A DNA stretch of 36,965 nucleotides from NCBI GenBank assembly GCA_040774925.1, contig JAXGTM010000002.1, forward strand, positions 1 through 36,965. Reading direction: 5' to 3'. The translations under genes and the position numbers were made by a program. How positions within the stretch are numbered: position 1 is the first letter of the stretch; every line of letters starts with the position of its first letter. Shown in pieces: positions 1-10,059 of the stretch. The DNA comes from Atribacterota bacterium (GTDB lineage Bacteria > Atribacterota > Phoenicimicrobiia > Phoenicimicrobiales > Stramentimicrobiaceae). The notes beneath the pieces are model-generated. The model was not told the DNA's origin. It saw nothing but the letters and a program-made list of their open reading frames with translations, and made no database searches.

Positions 1-154
1 AAATAAAAATAAAAAAGAGCATAATTAAAGAAGAAATTTCTATAACAAAATTTAATATTTTTAAAAAAATGGACAGGAGGAGCAGATAAGATAGAACATA
101 CAATGAGTGTATGATGTGCTAATTATATAGTAATATTCGTATCATTGAGAAAAA

Positions 155-781
155 TTATTTTTGATGAGCGGTTTTTTTCTTTTTTAATATTTTCAGACGG
201 AAAAAGTCTTCTCTTTCCTTTTCTTCCAGTTCTTCGGTGATTTTCTTTACTATTAATTCATATTTTGGAATCTGAATATTCTTCAAGGCATTTGCTCTTT
301 TCTGTGTTCTTTTAATTTCAGCAGCCAGCTTGAATATTGAGTCCTCAATTTCAGCCAGATCATAGACTAGATATTTTACCGCTTGAAATTTTTGTAAAGC
401 CACATCTAAAGCAGTATTTGTGTGATAGAAGCTATAGCTTGGTTCAATCTGATGCCGTTCATATTTTAATTGAGGTATTTCAACACCCATTACGCTCTGT
501 GAAAGAACATTAAATTCTGTTGCCTGAGGAATTGATTTTGCAATTTCAGTCACTTCATTTATTCCTAAAGTTATATTAGCAGCAGTCAGTGCTTCATATG
601 CCTCTTTAAATGTATTTCTTAATCTTTGCTGTGCCTCTTTTGCCCTTTCGACATAATCCATCATGCTGTTAATAAGAACATTTCTCTTTTTGTCTAATAA
701 TTCGAACCCTCTTTTAGAGAAATCGAGTGCGGTTTGTGCAGCAATCAGATTAGTTTTAGTGGCAGCAATGCTTACTTTCAT
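155..781 (-). CDS. ntpD: V/A-type ATP synthase subunit D (central stalk)
   Basis: 208-aa ORF starting at an ATG. The N-terminus MKVSIAATKTNL...LDFSKRGFELLDKKRNVL and the long coiled-coil character fit subunit D. It is the last gene, directly after the B and A subunits (5-nt gap to B). Confidence 0.92.
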   Translation of the reverse strand: MKVSIAATKTNLIAAQTALDFSKRGFELLDKKRNVLINSMMDYVERAKEAQQRLRNTFKEAYEALTAANITLGINEVTEIAKSIPQATEFNVLSQSVMGVEIPQLKYERHQIEPSYSFYHTNTALDVALQKFQAVKYLVYDLAEIEDSIFKLAAEIKRTQKRANALKNIQIPKYELIVKKITEELEEKEREDFFRLKILKKKKTAHQK

Positions 782-786
782 AAAGT

Positions 787-2160
787 TTACTTCCCAAGAA
801 ATTTCTCAAGTATAGCGGGATCTATCCTGTTTAGTTCCTGTTCGGGCAGAATTTTAACAAGTTCCCACATCAGATCGAGTGTTTGATTGAGGTCACGGTA
901 CTCTTCAAAACCCTGTTTAACAAATTTTCCTTCAAATTGTCTGCCAAATTCCATATAACTCTGGTCTGTATAGGAAAGGTCGTCTTCACCTATAATCTGG
1001 GATAAAGCTCTTATCTCATGTACTTTGGAATAAGAGGAAAAGACCTGATTGGCTATATCAGCATGGTCTTCTCTGGTGAACTTTTTTCCAATTCCATCTT
1101 TCATTAAACGGGATAGTGAGGGCAATATATTTATAGGAGGATTTATTCCGAGCTGATGTAAAGAACGACTCAGCACTATCTGTCCTTCGGTGATATAACC
1201 GGTAAGATCTGGCACAGGATGGGTAATATCATCATTTGGCATCGTTAATATTTGAATCTGCGTAATACTCCCATTAGAACCGGTCAGCATACCAGCCCTT
1301 TCATAGAGGCTGGCTAAATCAGAATAGAGATATCCAGGATATCCTTTACGGGAAGGAACCTCCTCTCTTGCAGAGGAAATCTCTCTTAATGCCTCACAAT
1401 AATTAGTCATATCGGTCATAACCACCAGCACATGTTTATTGCATTCAAAAGCGAGATATTCAGCTACTGTTAACGCACATCTGGGCGTTATTATTCTTTC
1501 CATAACCGGATCATCTGCCAGATTTAAAAACATGGTTATTCTGTCTATCACTCCAGAATCATCGAATACTTTGTAAAAAAAATCAGCTTCATCGTATTTT
1601 ATACCTATGGCAGCAAAAACAATGGCAAAATCACTCGATTCCTCTTCAGAGATACGTGCCTGTTTAACAATCTGTGCAGCTAATTCGTTATGAGGAAGTC
1701 CATCTCCTGAAAATATGGGTAATTTTTGTCCTCTGATTAAAGTCATAAGGCCATCGATGGTGGATATTCCAGTCTGTATATAGTTTCTGGGGTAAAGTCT
1801 GGCGATGGGATTCATAGGCCTGCCATTGATATTGTAATTCTTCTTTGAATATATTTCTCCTGCGCCATCGATAGGTTTTGCCAGACCATTGAAAGTTCTG
1901 CCCATTACTTCCAGTGAAACAGGTATTTCCATAGGTTTTCCAGAAAAACTTACCGCAACATTATTCAATGAAATTCCTGATGACCCCTGAAAAACCTGTA
2001 TAATTACTTTATCATGATCTATCTGTACCACCTGCCCTGTCCGATATCCTTTTTCTGGTATTTCAATCTCTACAATCTCTCCATATGATGCATTTAAAAC
2101 TTTATGCATTATTATCAACGGACCTTCTGCTTTATCTAACTTGAGATACTTAATCTTCAT
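787..2160 (-). CDS. ntpB: V/A-type ATP synthase subunit B (non-catalytic V1 subunit)
   Basis: About 457 aa with V1-B hallmark blocks: [67 protein letters not shown]. The ORF track opens at TTG 2163, but the adjacent in-frame ATG at 2160 is the more likely start. It overlaps the end of subunit A. Confidence 0.97.
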   Translation of the reverse strand: MKIKYLKLDKAEGPLIIMHKVLNASYGEIVEIEIPEKGYRTGQVVQIDHDKVIIQVFQGSSGISLNNVAVSFSGKPMEIPVSLEVMGRTFNGLAKPIDGAGEIYSKKNYNINGRPMNPIARLYPRNYIQTGISTIDGLMTLIRGQKLPIFSGDGLPHNELAAQIVKQARISEEESSDFAIVFAAIGIKYDEADFFYKVFDDSGVIDRITMFLNLADDPVMERIITPRCALTVAEYLAFECNKHVLVVMTDMTNYCEALREISSAREEVPSRKGYPGYLYSDLASLYERAGMLTGSNGSITQIQILTMPNDDITHPVPDLTGYITEGQIVLSRSLHQLGINPPINILPSLSRLMKDGIGKKFTREDHADIANQVFSSYSKVHEIRALSQIIGEDDLSYTDQSYMEFGRQFEGKFVKQGFEEYRDLNQTLDLMWELVKILPEQELNRIDPAILEKFLGK

Positions 2161-3937
2161 CAACAGAACCTTCTTTATACATATTTTCTAAATTATCATA
2201 ATATTTATTAATTTTCTTTATCATCTCTAAAAATAAACCATCTGCTTCAGTACTTATGTTATATTTCATCATAATTACTTCAGAATACAATTCTTCATTT
2301 TTTACCTGAGAAAGTGGAATATTCTTTTTAATACATGAATACGCTCTGTTGTGAAGGGTATCAATTACCTTTAACATATTGTATTGATCGGGTAAAATTG
2401 TGTACCGGTCCTGTATATGAAAAGCATTCTGCTGCAAATAACCAACCTTTATTATTCTGGCAATTTCCAGTATTATTCTCTGTTCATCAGGTAAAACATC
2501 TTCTCCGATCAGTTTTACAATATCCATCAGCTTGTTTTCTTCAATGAGAATACTCATAAATTTATTTCTAATATCCATCATTTCCGGAGATATGTTTTCT
2601 TTAAACCAATCTCCCAATATAGAAATATAGCTACTGTATGATAAGAGCCAGTTTATGGAAGGAAAATGTCTGGCATATGCTAATTCACGGTCTAAACCGA
2701 GAAATGCGCCTACAATTCTTTTGGTAGAGGTGGTAACAGGTTCAGAAAAATCTCCTCCTGCAGGGGACACTGCACCTATAATGGTAACCGAGCCCTCTGA
2801 ATTATTGAGGTTCTGACAATACCCTGCTCTTTCATAAAAAGCTGCCAATCGTGACGAGAGATAAGCCGGATACCCTTCCTCAGCAGGCATCTCTTCTAAC
2901 CTGCCCGAAATTTCTCTCAAAGCTTCTGCCCAACGGGAAGTTGAATCAGCCATTACTGCTACATTGTATCCCATATCTCTGAAGTACTCTGCTATGGTAA
3001 TCCCGGTATAGATAGATGCTTCACGTGCAGCGACAGGCATATTGGAAGTATTTGCAATAAGTATAGTACGGTCCATTAAAGGGTTATCTGTTTTTGGGTC
3101 GTTTAATTTAGGGAAGTCCTCTAGGACTCCTGTCATCTCATTTCCTCTTTCACCACAACCGATATAGACAATCAAATCTGCGTCACTCCATTTAGCCAGC
3201 TGATGCTGTGTGATGGTTTTACCTGTACCGAATCCACCTGGAATAGCAACAGTACCGCCTTTGGCTAAAGGGAAAAAAGTGTCTATAATACGTTGACCTG
3301 TTATGAGCAGTTTTTCCAGAGAAAGCCTCTGTGTTATTGGCCTTGGTTCTCTTATCGGCCACTCCTGAGCAAGCTTTATTTCATGGCTTTGTCCTTCTTC
3401 GTCAACTACTGTAAGCAGATTATCCTGAATAGTATAATGACCATCCGCCACTACCCTAACTACCTCTCCGCGGATATTTGTGGGAACCATTGCTTTATGT
3501 ATTATCAGAGTAGTCTCCTGTATTTCGGCAAAAATACTGCCAGGCTCTAAAAAGTCTCCCTCTTTTACTATTATTTTAGTATCCCATAATTTTTCAGTAT
3601 CCAGTGTAATCAACCCGATACCTTCTGGAATGAACTTATTTCCCATCTCATATATTTTAGAAAGAGGCCTTTCAATACCATCGAATATCTGTCCTATTAT
3701 GCCTGGACCTAATTTTACAGATAGGGGTTTACCGGTTCCATTCACCTCTTCTCCGATTTTCAGACCGATAGTCTCTTCATATACCTGAATTGTGCCTACT
3801 TCACCTTCCAGAGAGATTATCTCTCCAATAAGTTTTTTATTCCCCACTGTTACCATCTCACGCACCTGAAACCCCTCTAAGTGGTCTGCTTTTACTACAG
3901 GTCCATTAATATAAATCACATGTCCTAAACCTGGCAT
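2150..3937 (-). CDS. ntpA: V/A-type ATP synthase catalytic subunit A
   Basis: 595 aa with Walker A GGFGTGKT. Other V1-A blocks are [22 protein letters not shown] and [21 protein letters not shown]. The N-terminal beta-barrel and the insert typical of V-type A subunits are present. ATG start lies 1 nt after the subunit E stop. Confidence 0.98.
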   Translation of the reverse strand: MPGLGHVIYINGPVVKADHLEGFQVREMVTVGNKKLIGEIISLEGEVGTIQVYEETIGLKIGEEVNGTGKPLSVKLGPGIIGQIFDGIERPLSKIYEMGNKFIPEGIGLITLDTEKLWDTKIIVKEGDFLEPGSIFAEIQETTLIIHKAMVPTNIRGEVVRVVADGHYTIQDNLLTVVDEEGQSHEIKLAQEWPIREPRPITQRLSLEKLLITGQRIIDTFFPLAKGGTVAIPGGFGTGKTITQHQLAKWSDADLIVYIGCGERGNEMTGVLEDFPKLNDPKTDNPLMDRTILIANTSNMPVAAREASIYTGITIAEYFRDMGYNVAVMADSTSRWAEALREISGRLEEMPAEEGYPAYLSSRLAAFYERAGYCQNLNNSEGSVTIIGAVSPAGGDFSEPVTTSTKRIVGAFLGLDRELAYARHFPSINWLLSYSSYISILGDWFKENISPEMMDIRNKFMSILIEENKLMDIVKLIGEDVLPDEQRIILEIARIIKVGYLQQNAFHIQDRYTILPDQYNMLKVIDTLHNRAYSCIKKNIPLSQVKNEELYSEVIMMKYNISTEADGLFLEMIKKINKYYDNLENMYKEGSVDED

Positions 3938-3938
3938 C

Positions 3939-4571
3939 TCAACTCACCTTAACCCCTTCCAGATATGGAGAAAGAACCTCTCCAATAATCTTTTGGCTAT
4001 CTTCCAGAATTGTATCGATGGTATAATCAACCTCCAGGCGGCCATCTCCGCTTTTCACAAAAACACCGCCTAATAAATGATTCTCAGCATCAATCTGGTA
4101 GGAATCTTTATTTCTTAAAGAATTTACAGCATCAAGAATTATTTCACCTCTATTATTAATATCATTTTTATTAAACTTAATATAGATGAATTGCTCTTCA
4201 GAACACATTGCTAATACTTTATCTATTGCTCCTATCAGAAAGCTGGTATATTCTTCTGATTGCATGAAAATTCTAACTTTTTTCTTCACTTCAGTATTTA
4301 CAATTTCTATCAATTCTGTTCTTTTTTTCAACAATGCTCTGCGCATGTTAGATTTGCCTTTTAAAATGAGATGTTGTTTACGATTTTGAATCTCTTTAGT
4401 AGCTTTATCTATTTCTCTTTTTTTCTTCTCTTCATATTCATCAATTATTTTCTTTATCCTATTTCCGTGATTTTCGATTAAAATGTCCTGTTTTCTTTGA
4501 AAATCGGCTTCTATTCTTTCTATAATAATTTTGGTAAAGAGTGAATTTTTATCTTCGATTGTATTTGGCAT
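3939..4571 (-). CDS. ntpE: V/A-type ATP synthase subunit E (peripheral stalk)
   Basis: 210 aa with a long charged N-terminal helix (KKIIDEYEEKKKREIDKATKEIQNRK). The C-terminal globular part is LLGGVFVKSGDGRLEVDYTIDTILE, typical of subunit E. A GAGGTG Shine-Dalgarno sequence lies upstream of the ATG. Confidence 0.85.
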   Translation of the reverse strand: MPNTIEDKNSLFTKIIIERIEADFQRKQDILIENHGNRIKKIIDEYEEKKKREIDKATKEIQNRKQHLILKGKSNMRRALLKKRTELIEIVNTEVKKKVRIFMQSEEYTSFLIGAIDKVLAMCSEEQFIYIKFNKNDINNRGEIILDAVNSLRNKDSYQIDAENHLLGGVFVKSGDGRLEVDYTIDTILEDSQKIIGEVLSPYLEGVKVS

Positions 4572-4585
4572 AATAATTTTTCACC

Positions 4586-4894
4586 TCAAATCTTGAGCCC
4601 TATGGAATCTCTAATAAACCCGGTTAATACATCTGGAGGACGCCTGCTTCCATGTCGGTCAGGTATTTCTACCACTATAGGGAGTTTTACGGACAGTTTT
4701 ATTTCATTTATTTCTTCCTGTACCCTCTCAACCAGTAATTCCGTAATAAGAAGGATACCGAGGTCCTCTTTCTCTTTAATTTTTTCTAATTCTTTTAGTA
4801 TTTCTTCTCTTTCATGTACTACTACACCTTCTACACCAGCCAATCTCATTCCTGCTAAGGTGTGTGTATTATCACTAATTAAAAAGATTTTCAT
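4586..4894 (-). CDS. ntpF: V/A-type ATP synthase subunit F
   Basis: 102 aa. MKIFLISDNTHTLAGMRLAGVEGVVV...LGILLITE matches the small Rossmann-like subunit F pattern, and the operon position fits. Confidence 0.85.
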   Translation of the reverse strand: MKIFLISDNTHTLAGMRLAGVEGVVVHEREEILKELEKIKEKEDLGILLITELLVERVQEEINEIKLSVKLPIVVEIPDRHGSRRPPDVLTGFIRDSIGLKI

Positions 4895-4935
4895 TTTCTA
4901 ACCTTTTAAAATACTTAAACTATGTGCTAAAAAAT

Positions 4936-5355
4936 TTATAATCTGCCCAGTATCATAATAGAGACAATTAAGCCGTAGATAGCTATGCCCTCTGCAAGGC
5001 CGACAAATATTAGAGTTTTTCCCAAAATATCAGGATCTTCTGATACAGCACCCAGGGCTGAAGAACCGACTGCTCCAACAGCATAACCGGCACCGATAGT
5101 AGCCAATCCAGTAGAGAGCGCCGCTGCTAAAAATCCCATCCCTGAATGAGAATCTGATGAGGACTGTGCTCTGGCAATATCTGGAATTAAGAAAAAAATA
5201 AAACCTACTACTATAACAAGATAAGTTATCATAGATACTTTTACTATCTTTCTTATTCTAAATAAATTACTACAATCCTTTTTTAGGGTGAGGTAAAGCC
5301 CGCCTGCTATAGTTAATCCTGATATGGCCATCGCAATAAATAATATTATGTACAT
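4936..5355 (-). CDS. ntpK: V/A-type ATP synthase proteolipid subunit K (c) with an N-terminal two-helix extension
   Basis: The C-terminal ~70 aa form a single Gly/Ala-rich c-subunit hairpin (GLATIGAGYAVGAVGSSALGAV...FVGLAEGIAIYGLIVSIMIL) with one conserved Glu. The ATG at 5355 is preceded by GGAGG 9 nt upstream, which supports the long 139-aa form. Confidence 0.9.
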   Translation of the reverse strand: MYIILFIAMAISGLTIAGGLYLTLKKDCSNLFRIRKIVKVSMITYLVIVVGFIFFLIPDIARAQSSSDSHSGMGFLAAALSTGLATIGAGYAVGAVGSSALGAVSEDPDILGKTLIFVGLAEGIAIYGLIVSIMILGRL

Positions 5356-5444
5356 CTAACTAAACCTCCGTTTTTTGAATTGATATAATTACAAAATTTA
5401 TTTTTGACAGAATTAATAAAACAAAATAGTTTATAACTAAAATT

Positions 5445-7424
5445 TTATTTCTCTTTTTGAGGATTAGCAAATATAACCTTTGCCGGAATATATTCAATCC
5501 CATCTCCTCTATAAAACTTTGTGAACATCTCGTAATACTCCAAACGCAAAGCCTGAATAAATACAATCAGCCCTTCCAGTGATAGAATGACAAGGTTGCC
5601 AATAAATAAGACAGTCCAGTTACCCCAGGCACTTGACATCATATTTGCCAGAGTCAGAAATGCAATAAACAATCCTACATGATTGAGGGCAAAGGCACCA
5701 ACCCTGAGAAAAGAGATGGTGTTGGAAAGCATTGATAAGAGCATCTCTATCAGGCCAAACCCGCCTTCGATATATTCGTTAGCAGAAAGTTTTTTAAGTG
5801 ATCTATTTGAAATAAATAATCTTTTTGCAATTGCTTCTTTAAAGAACATGATAGATAGGAGTGCTAATAGAGTTATTGTTATGATGAGAGCAAAATCTTT
5901 ATGCTGAATGAAAACCCTATAGACGGTATAAAGCAGTAAAAGGTAAAAAAGAAATCCTGTCAGACCGTTTTCTCCCAGTATGGCATCTTTTAGATTATTT
6001 TCTTTTACAGAATTTACAATACCTAAAATATAGCTGAACAGAATAAAGAATATGCCAAATAATACTGCAATAATTAACATATTATCAATATTGGACATCG
6101 GTCTGATAACCATTGCAGGAAGAATCTCTTCTGAACCAAAAACACTACCGTAAATAAAACCAAAAATTATTGAACTTAATCCCAGCCTATTCAGTAATCC
6201 GCCAAAATCTACCTTTTTATAGACATATTCCAGGATTATACCGGCTAACAGCATAACTAACCCCTGCCCTACATCTCCAAACATCGCTCCGAAGATGAAC
6301 ATATAGGTTAAAGCAAAAAATACTGTAGGGTCCTTTTCCTGATAGGAGGGTATACCGTACATTTTTACTAAACTTTCAAAAGGTTTAAATAACTTTATAT
6401 TGTTCAGTTTGGTGGGAGGAGTAGCAGAGCAAGGCTTTTTAACAGGGTCGACTACAATGATCAATTTATCATTAAATCTTCTTTCCAATTCCTCTTTTAG
6501 CCTTTCTATCTCGTCAGCAGGTATAAACCCGAATAGGAAAAATAATTTTTTACCTATGGCAACTTTTGGTTTTAATTCTTCAATTTTTTTCTCCATTTCC
6601 AATCTGGAGAACATCTTTTCCAATTCATCCTTGTACTGAACTTTATAGTTTTCAATAGTTTCTTTTGATGCTTCGATCATTTTTTGGTCATGTTCGATGC
6701 TGCTGGTTAATTCCGCTAATATATCCTCAATATTGCCTTTAAGGTCGTAAGGAATGGGTAAAATAGTATAATTAAGTGAACTGAATATTCTTTTCAATGT
6801 TTCTTCTAAAGTAAGGGGCGCTATATAGAGCAAAGTAACATATTTACCTTCTGTTGCTAATCTAAGTACTACCGCCGGAATATTAAAATAATTTTTTTTA
6901 AGTTTGTCATAATTTTCTCTCGTAATTCGAATTAATCTAAAAACCAGGTATTTCATACCGAAAAGGCGTTCAACATCCAGGTCTAATCCGGAAAGGTATC
7001 TCAAGTTGTTAATATATTCTCTTTTTTTGTCAATCTCCTTCTGTCTTTCTTCTATATCCTGAACCGTCTTTTCAATTACTTTATATATCCCTAAAAACTG
7101 TTTCATGAAATTATCATAATCATATTCTTCTTTTAAAACATCTTCTTTCAAAAAAGGTTTTATATCAAAAAGATCATGAAAAAGATTGACAATTTTTTCT
7201 TCTTTAGCAAGATTTCTTCTTTCTGAATAATGTTTTAAATAGGGCTCTTCTTCTAATGCCTCAATATTTCTTTCAGTGGGAGGAAGAAAAAAATCGGCTG
7301 AGTTAACTCTTGCTAAAGCATCTATCATATGGACATTGCTCTGTAAGATAATTGAACGCATGACAACATTTAAGATGCTCTTTGGCCCAATAACCCCGAC
7401 AATTTTCATTTCTGCTACACTCAT
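5445..7424 (-). CDS. ntpI: V/A-type ATP synthase subunit I (a-subunit homologue, stator/ion channel)
   Basis: 659 aa. A soluble coiled N-terminal half is followed by a polytopic C-terminal half containing the LRVGAFALNHVGL and ALRLEYYEMFTKFY blocks typical of V0-a/I subunits. AAGGAG Shine-Dalgarno sequence upstream. Confidence 0.92.
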   Translation of the reverse strand: MSVAEMKIVGVIGPKSILNVVMRSIILQSNVHMIDALARVNSADFFLPPTERNIEALEEEPYLKHYSERRNLAKEEKIVNLFHDLFDIKPFLKEDVLKEEYDYDNFMKQFLGIYKVIEKTVQDIEERQKEIDKKREYINNLRYLSGLDLDVERLFGMKYLVFRLIRITRENYDKLKKNYFNIPAVVLRLATEGKYVTLLYIAPLTLEETLKRIFSSLNYTILPIPYDLKGNIEDILAELTSSIEHDQKMIEASKETIENYKVQYKDELEKMFSRLEMEKKIEELKPKVAIGKKLFFLFGFIPADEIERLKEELERRFNDKLIIVVDPVKKPCSATPPTKLNNIKLFKPFESLVKMYGIPSYQEKDPTVFFALTYMFIFGAMFGDVGQGLVMLLAGIILEYVYKKVDFGGLLNRLGLSSIIFGFIYGSVFGSEEILPAMVIRPMSNIDNMLIIAVLFGIFFILFSYILGIVNSVKENNLKDAILGENGLTGFLFYLLLLYTVYRVFIQHKDFALIITITLLALLSIMFFKEAIAKRLFISNRSLKKLSANEYIEGGFGLIEMLLSMLSNTISFLRVGAFALNHVGLFIAFLTLANMMSSAWGNWTVLFIGNLVILSLEGLIVFIQALRLEYYEMFTKFYRGDGIEYIPAKVIFANPQKEK

Positions 7425-7439
7425 AAATTACTCCTTGGA

Positions 7440-8486
7440 TTAAGCAACCCTTACTAAATATTTTTTAGCTTCTTCTCCTGGCAGTTTGTATCTTATGCTC
7501 TCAACAATCGAAATAATATCTTTTATTTCCATCTCCAGCTGCCAGATATAAGCAATTGTTTGAATAATGCTATGCGGAAATTTTCTGTTTAATTGCCCAA
7601 GCTGTTTGTAAATAAATCTATTTATATGTCTTTCCATATATATATCTGTAGAAAACTCTTCTTTTCCGAACAAAGAGCCATAGTATGAGCCGGATATTAA
7701 ACGATTGAGATTTTCTAAGCTCTTTGTATAACACATTCTTTGCCTATCTTTATAAGACAATTTATCGCCAAAGTTTATTGTATAGTTGAGCAATTCTTCA
7801 GGTGATAGCTGATAAAATTTTTTACCTCTGTATATCCACTGTATATTATACAAATCAGCTAATAAGCCCTCCCATTTTCTTATTAAAGATCTGTCTGTTG
7901 ATAAGAGATTCAATCTTTTTTGTTGGGTAATATTGTAATAGCTGTTATCCAGAACCATTTCGAAACGAAAAAGATTTTCTCTCTTTCCATCAATGAGCGG
8001 TATTACATACTCGAAAAATTCTGTTCCTTCGAGTAGAAATATCAAATCTCTGACAGTTTTTGCTTTAAAGAGTTTTTCAGGAACAATCTCACTATGTTTT
8101 CCTAAAAAAGAGAGTGGCTTCCCTATTTCTCTGGGATTTTCTCCATTAAAAATACTTCTAGCCAGTATTTTTAAATCTCTTATTTCATGTTTCAAATAAA
8201 ATGAACGTACCAGTGTTCGATAATCATCCCTGAAATAGAAGATTAATTTATCGATATTGGCAACCATTTTTTTTATCAGAATATCTTCAATATCCCGTCT
8301 GCTGATTGTTTCAATCGTTATTTCTTCAAAAAGTTTCTGATAGGAAGTGTAATCTTTCAAATAGCCAGCTGCCTCTGGTACAGAGGTCATTTTAAGCATG
8401 TCCAGATAATTCTGCTTATTCAAAAATTCTCTTTCCAGGACTTTTATCTTTGTATTTACGGCCGAAAATAATACGATTCTATCCAT
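7440..8486 (-). CDS. ntpC: V/A-type ATP synthase subunit C (V0 d-type)
   Basis: 348-aa all-helical ORF of the size and N-terminal pattern of the AC39/d family (FSAVNTKIKVLEREFLNKQNYLDML). It lies within the operon and overlaps the upstream gene by 8 nt. Confidence 0.82.
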   Translation of the reverse strand: MDRIVLFSAVNTKIKVLEREFLNKQNYLDMLKMTSVPEAAGYLKDYTSYQKLFEEITIETISRRDIEDILIKKMVANIDKLIFYFRDDYRTLVRSFYLKHEIRDLKILARSIFNGENPREIGKPLSFLGKHSEIVPEKLFKAKTVRDLIFLLEGTEFFEYVIPLIDGKRENLFRFEMVLDNSYYNITQQKRLNLLSTDRSLIRKWEGLLADLYNIQWIYRGKKFYQLSPEELLNYTINFGDKLSYKDRQRMCYTKSLENLNRLISGSYYGSLFGKEEFSTDIYMERHINRFIYKQLGQLNRKFPHSIIQTIAYIWQLEMEIKDIISIVESIRYKLPGEEAKKYLVRVA

Positions 8487-8814
8487 TATCTTCCTTATTC
8501 AGATTGAAAATTCGTCTAATTATTTCTTCAAGAATGTAATCTAAATCTTCTTCAAATTTCTGCTGCATATCCTCTATTATTCTTTTATTCTCAGCTCTAA
8601 GTTCCTTAATTTCCTGTTTTGCTTCCTGTTCTATCTTCTTTTTAATACAATTGCTCTCATCTTCAATCTGTTTCTTATAATTTCTGGTAATTTCCAATTC
8701 CTCTTCTCTAAATTTGCTAGCCAGTTCACGCAATTGTTCTTTCCTGTTCTCATTAATTTTAATTGCCTGATAATCAAGGTTTATCAGGTTTTTAATTATT
8801 TCAATATCTTCCAA
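8479..8814 (-). CDS. Probable V/A-ATPase peripheral-stalk subunit (G/H-like coiled-coil protein)
   Basis: 111 aa, almost entirely charged heptad-like sequence (KEQLRELASKFREEELEITRNYKKQIEDE...). It is the first gene of the operon. TTG start with AAGGAG 7 nt upstream. Assignment rests on size, composition and position only. Confidence 0.55.
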   Translation of the reverse strand: MEDIEIIKNLINLDYQAIKINENRKEQLRELASKFREEELEITRNYKKQIEDESNCIKKKIEQEAKQEIKELRAENKRIIEDMQQKFEEDLDYILEEIIRRIFNLNKEDNG

Positions 8815-9027
8815 AACAGTACTCCTTTTAGAAAGATAAATATTTTTCTATTTCAATTTAATTGTACATTTATATGTCTATAATTTAAATAATTTAACAA
8901 CAATAATTATGAGGTCTAATATTTTTGACCATATACAAAATAAAATATTTTTTATTCCCTTTAAAAGCTGAAACCATATTTAAAATTTTATAAATTAGTT
9001 AGAAGAAATTTTTACTTTTTAAATAGT

Positions 9028-9756
9028 TCAGACACTCTCGGTAAAAACAATAAACAGGGCTACTATGATTCCTGCCACAAAGGTCAATAATGAATGCTTT
9101 TTTTCATGCCCCCTTGCCTCTGGTAACAGATGAGATGCTGACAGATATATTAATACTCCTACCACAAAACCGAGCAGTATTCCCAGGACAGATGTATTTA
9201 GTCTGGAAATAAAAGGATATGCAATCAATGCCCCGAGCGGGGTAGTCATCCCAGAAACTAAAAAGGCAAAGAAAAAAGCTTTTCTTCTGCTAATGTTGCT
9301 TTCTGTTAAAACAGAAAAAGTAATAACACCTTCTGCAAACTCATGAACTACCAGACCTATTCCGGCTAAAAACCCGGTAAGAATTCCATTGCTAAAAGTA
9401 ATAGTATATATTATGCCATCAATAAAAGAATGCAGGGCTATCCCCTCGATAGCTGTAATTCCAAATGCCAGTGATTTCTGTTTGAATTTATATTGAAATA
9501 GTCTATTACTGGAAAACATAAATAAAAAACCTAATAAAGCAGCAAAACCGGCATAAGAGGTCTTTCCCACTGCCTCTGGAAAAACCAGCACCAGGGGTAC
9601 TGTAATCAATATACCTGCAGCAAAACACATAAAATAAGTGTTGGCCCTTTCAGCCAACCCCTTGTTTTTATATATGGTTATTATGCCAAGGGTATTGATA
9701 GTTAAAGCAAACAGGGCAAAAAGGACAATCCAGGCAAATACGCCCAATTCATACAT
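9028..9756 (-). CDS. ZIP-family divalent metal (Zn/Fe) transporter
   Basis: 242-aa polytopic membrane protein with the two ZIP signature helices ALHSFIDGIIY and VVHEFAEGVITF. Confidence 0.85.
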   Translation of the reverse strand: MYELGVFAWIVLFALFALTINTLGIITIYKNKGLAERANTYFMCFAAGILITVPLVLVFPEAVGKTSYAGFAALLGFLFMFSSNRLFQYKFKQKSLAFGITAIEGIALHSFIDGIIYTITFSNGILTGFLAGIGLVVHEFAEGVITFSVLTESNISRRKAFFFAFLVSGMTTPLGALIAYPFISRLNTSVLGILLGFVVGVLIYLSASHLLPEARGHEKKHSLLTFVAGIIVALFIVFTESV

Positions 9757-10059
9757 AGGTTTTTTTCTTCCAATTAAAAAGTAGTTGTAAAATTTTAATT
9801 ATCGGTAAATGTGGAATTCTTAAATATACGGGAGGTATCTTTTCTCTTTCTTCTGTCACTGTATCAATTACAGTTCATCACTCATGAATAAATTCACTAA
9901 AAACTCACTTAAAAAGAAAGAGATACGGGCTGTAATTCAAGGACTCTAAACAAAAATTTACTACTACATTATAATAAAATATTTCAGCTATAATATCAAG
10001 CTATATTTGAAAAAACATAAATATCAGAATTGTATAAAGCAAAAGTTCAGTTATCATTA

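Noticed and set aside
97-113. Hairpin CATACA-ATGAG-TGTATG downstream of ntpD as the operon terminator
   Set aside because: The stem is a 6-bp AT-rich stem without a convincing U-tract on the minus strand. The support is insufficient.
4593-4901. 102-aa plus-strand ORF that exactly mirrors the subunit F gene on the opposite strand
   Set aside because: It is Ser/Ile/Thr-rich low-complexity sequence with no motif, fully antisense to a well-supported conserved gene. This is the typical shadow ORF of an AT-rich coding region. The same reasoning applies to 2335-2547, 3293-3550, 3480-3788, 4186-4389, 5683-5907, 6400-6639 and 7993-8199.
5360-5566. 68-aa ORF bridging the ntpI/ntpK junction
   Set aside because: It overlaps the 3' end of the well-supported subunit I gene in another frame. 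There is no Shine-Dalgarno sequence and the composition is implausible.
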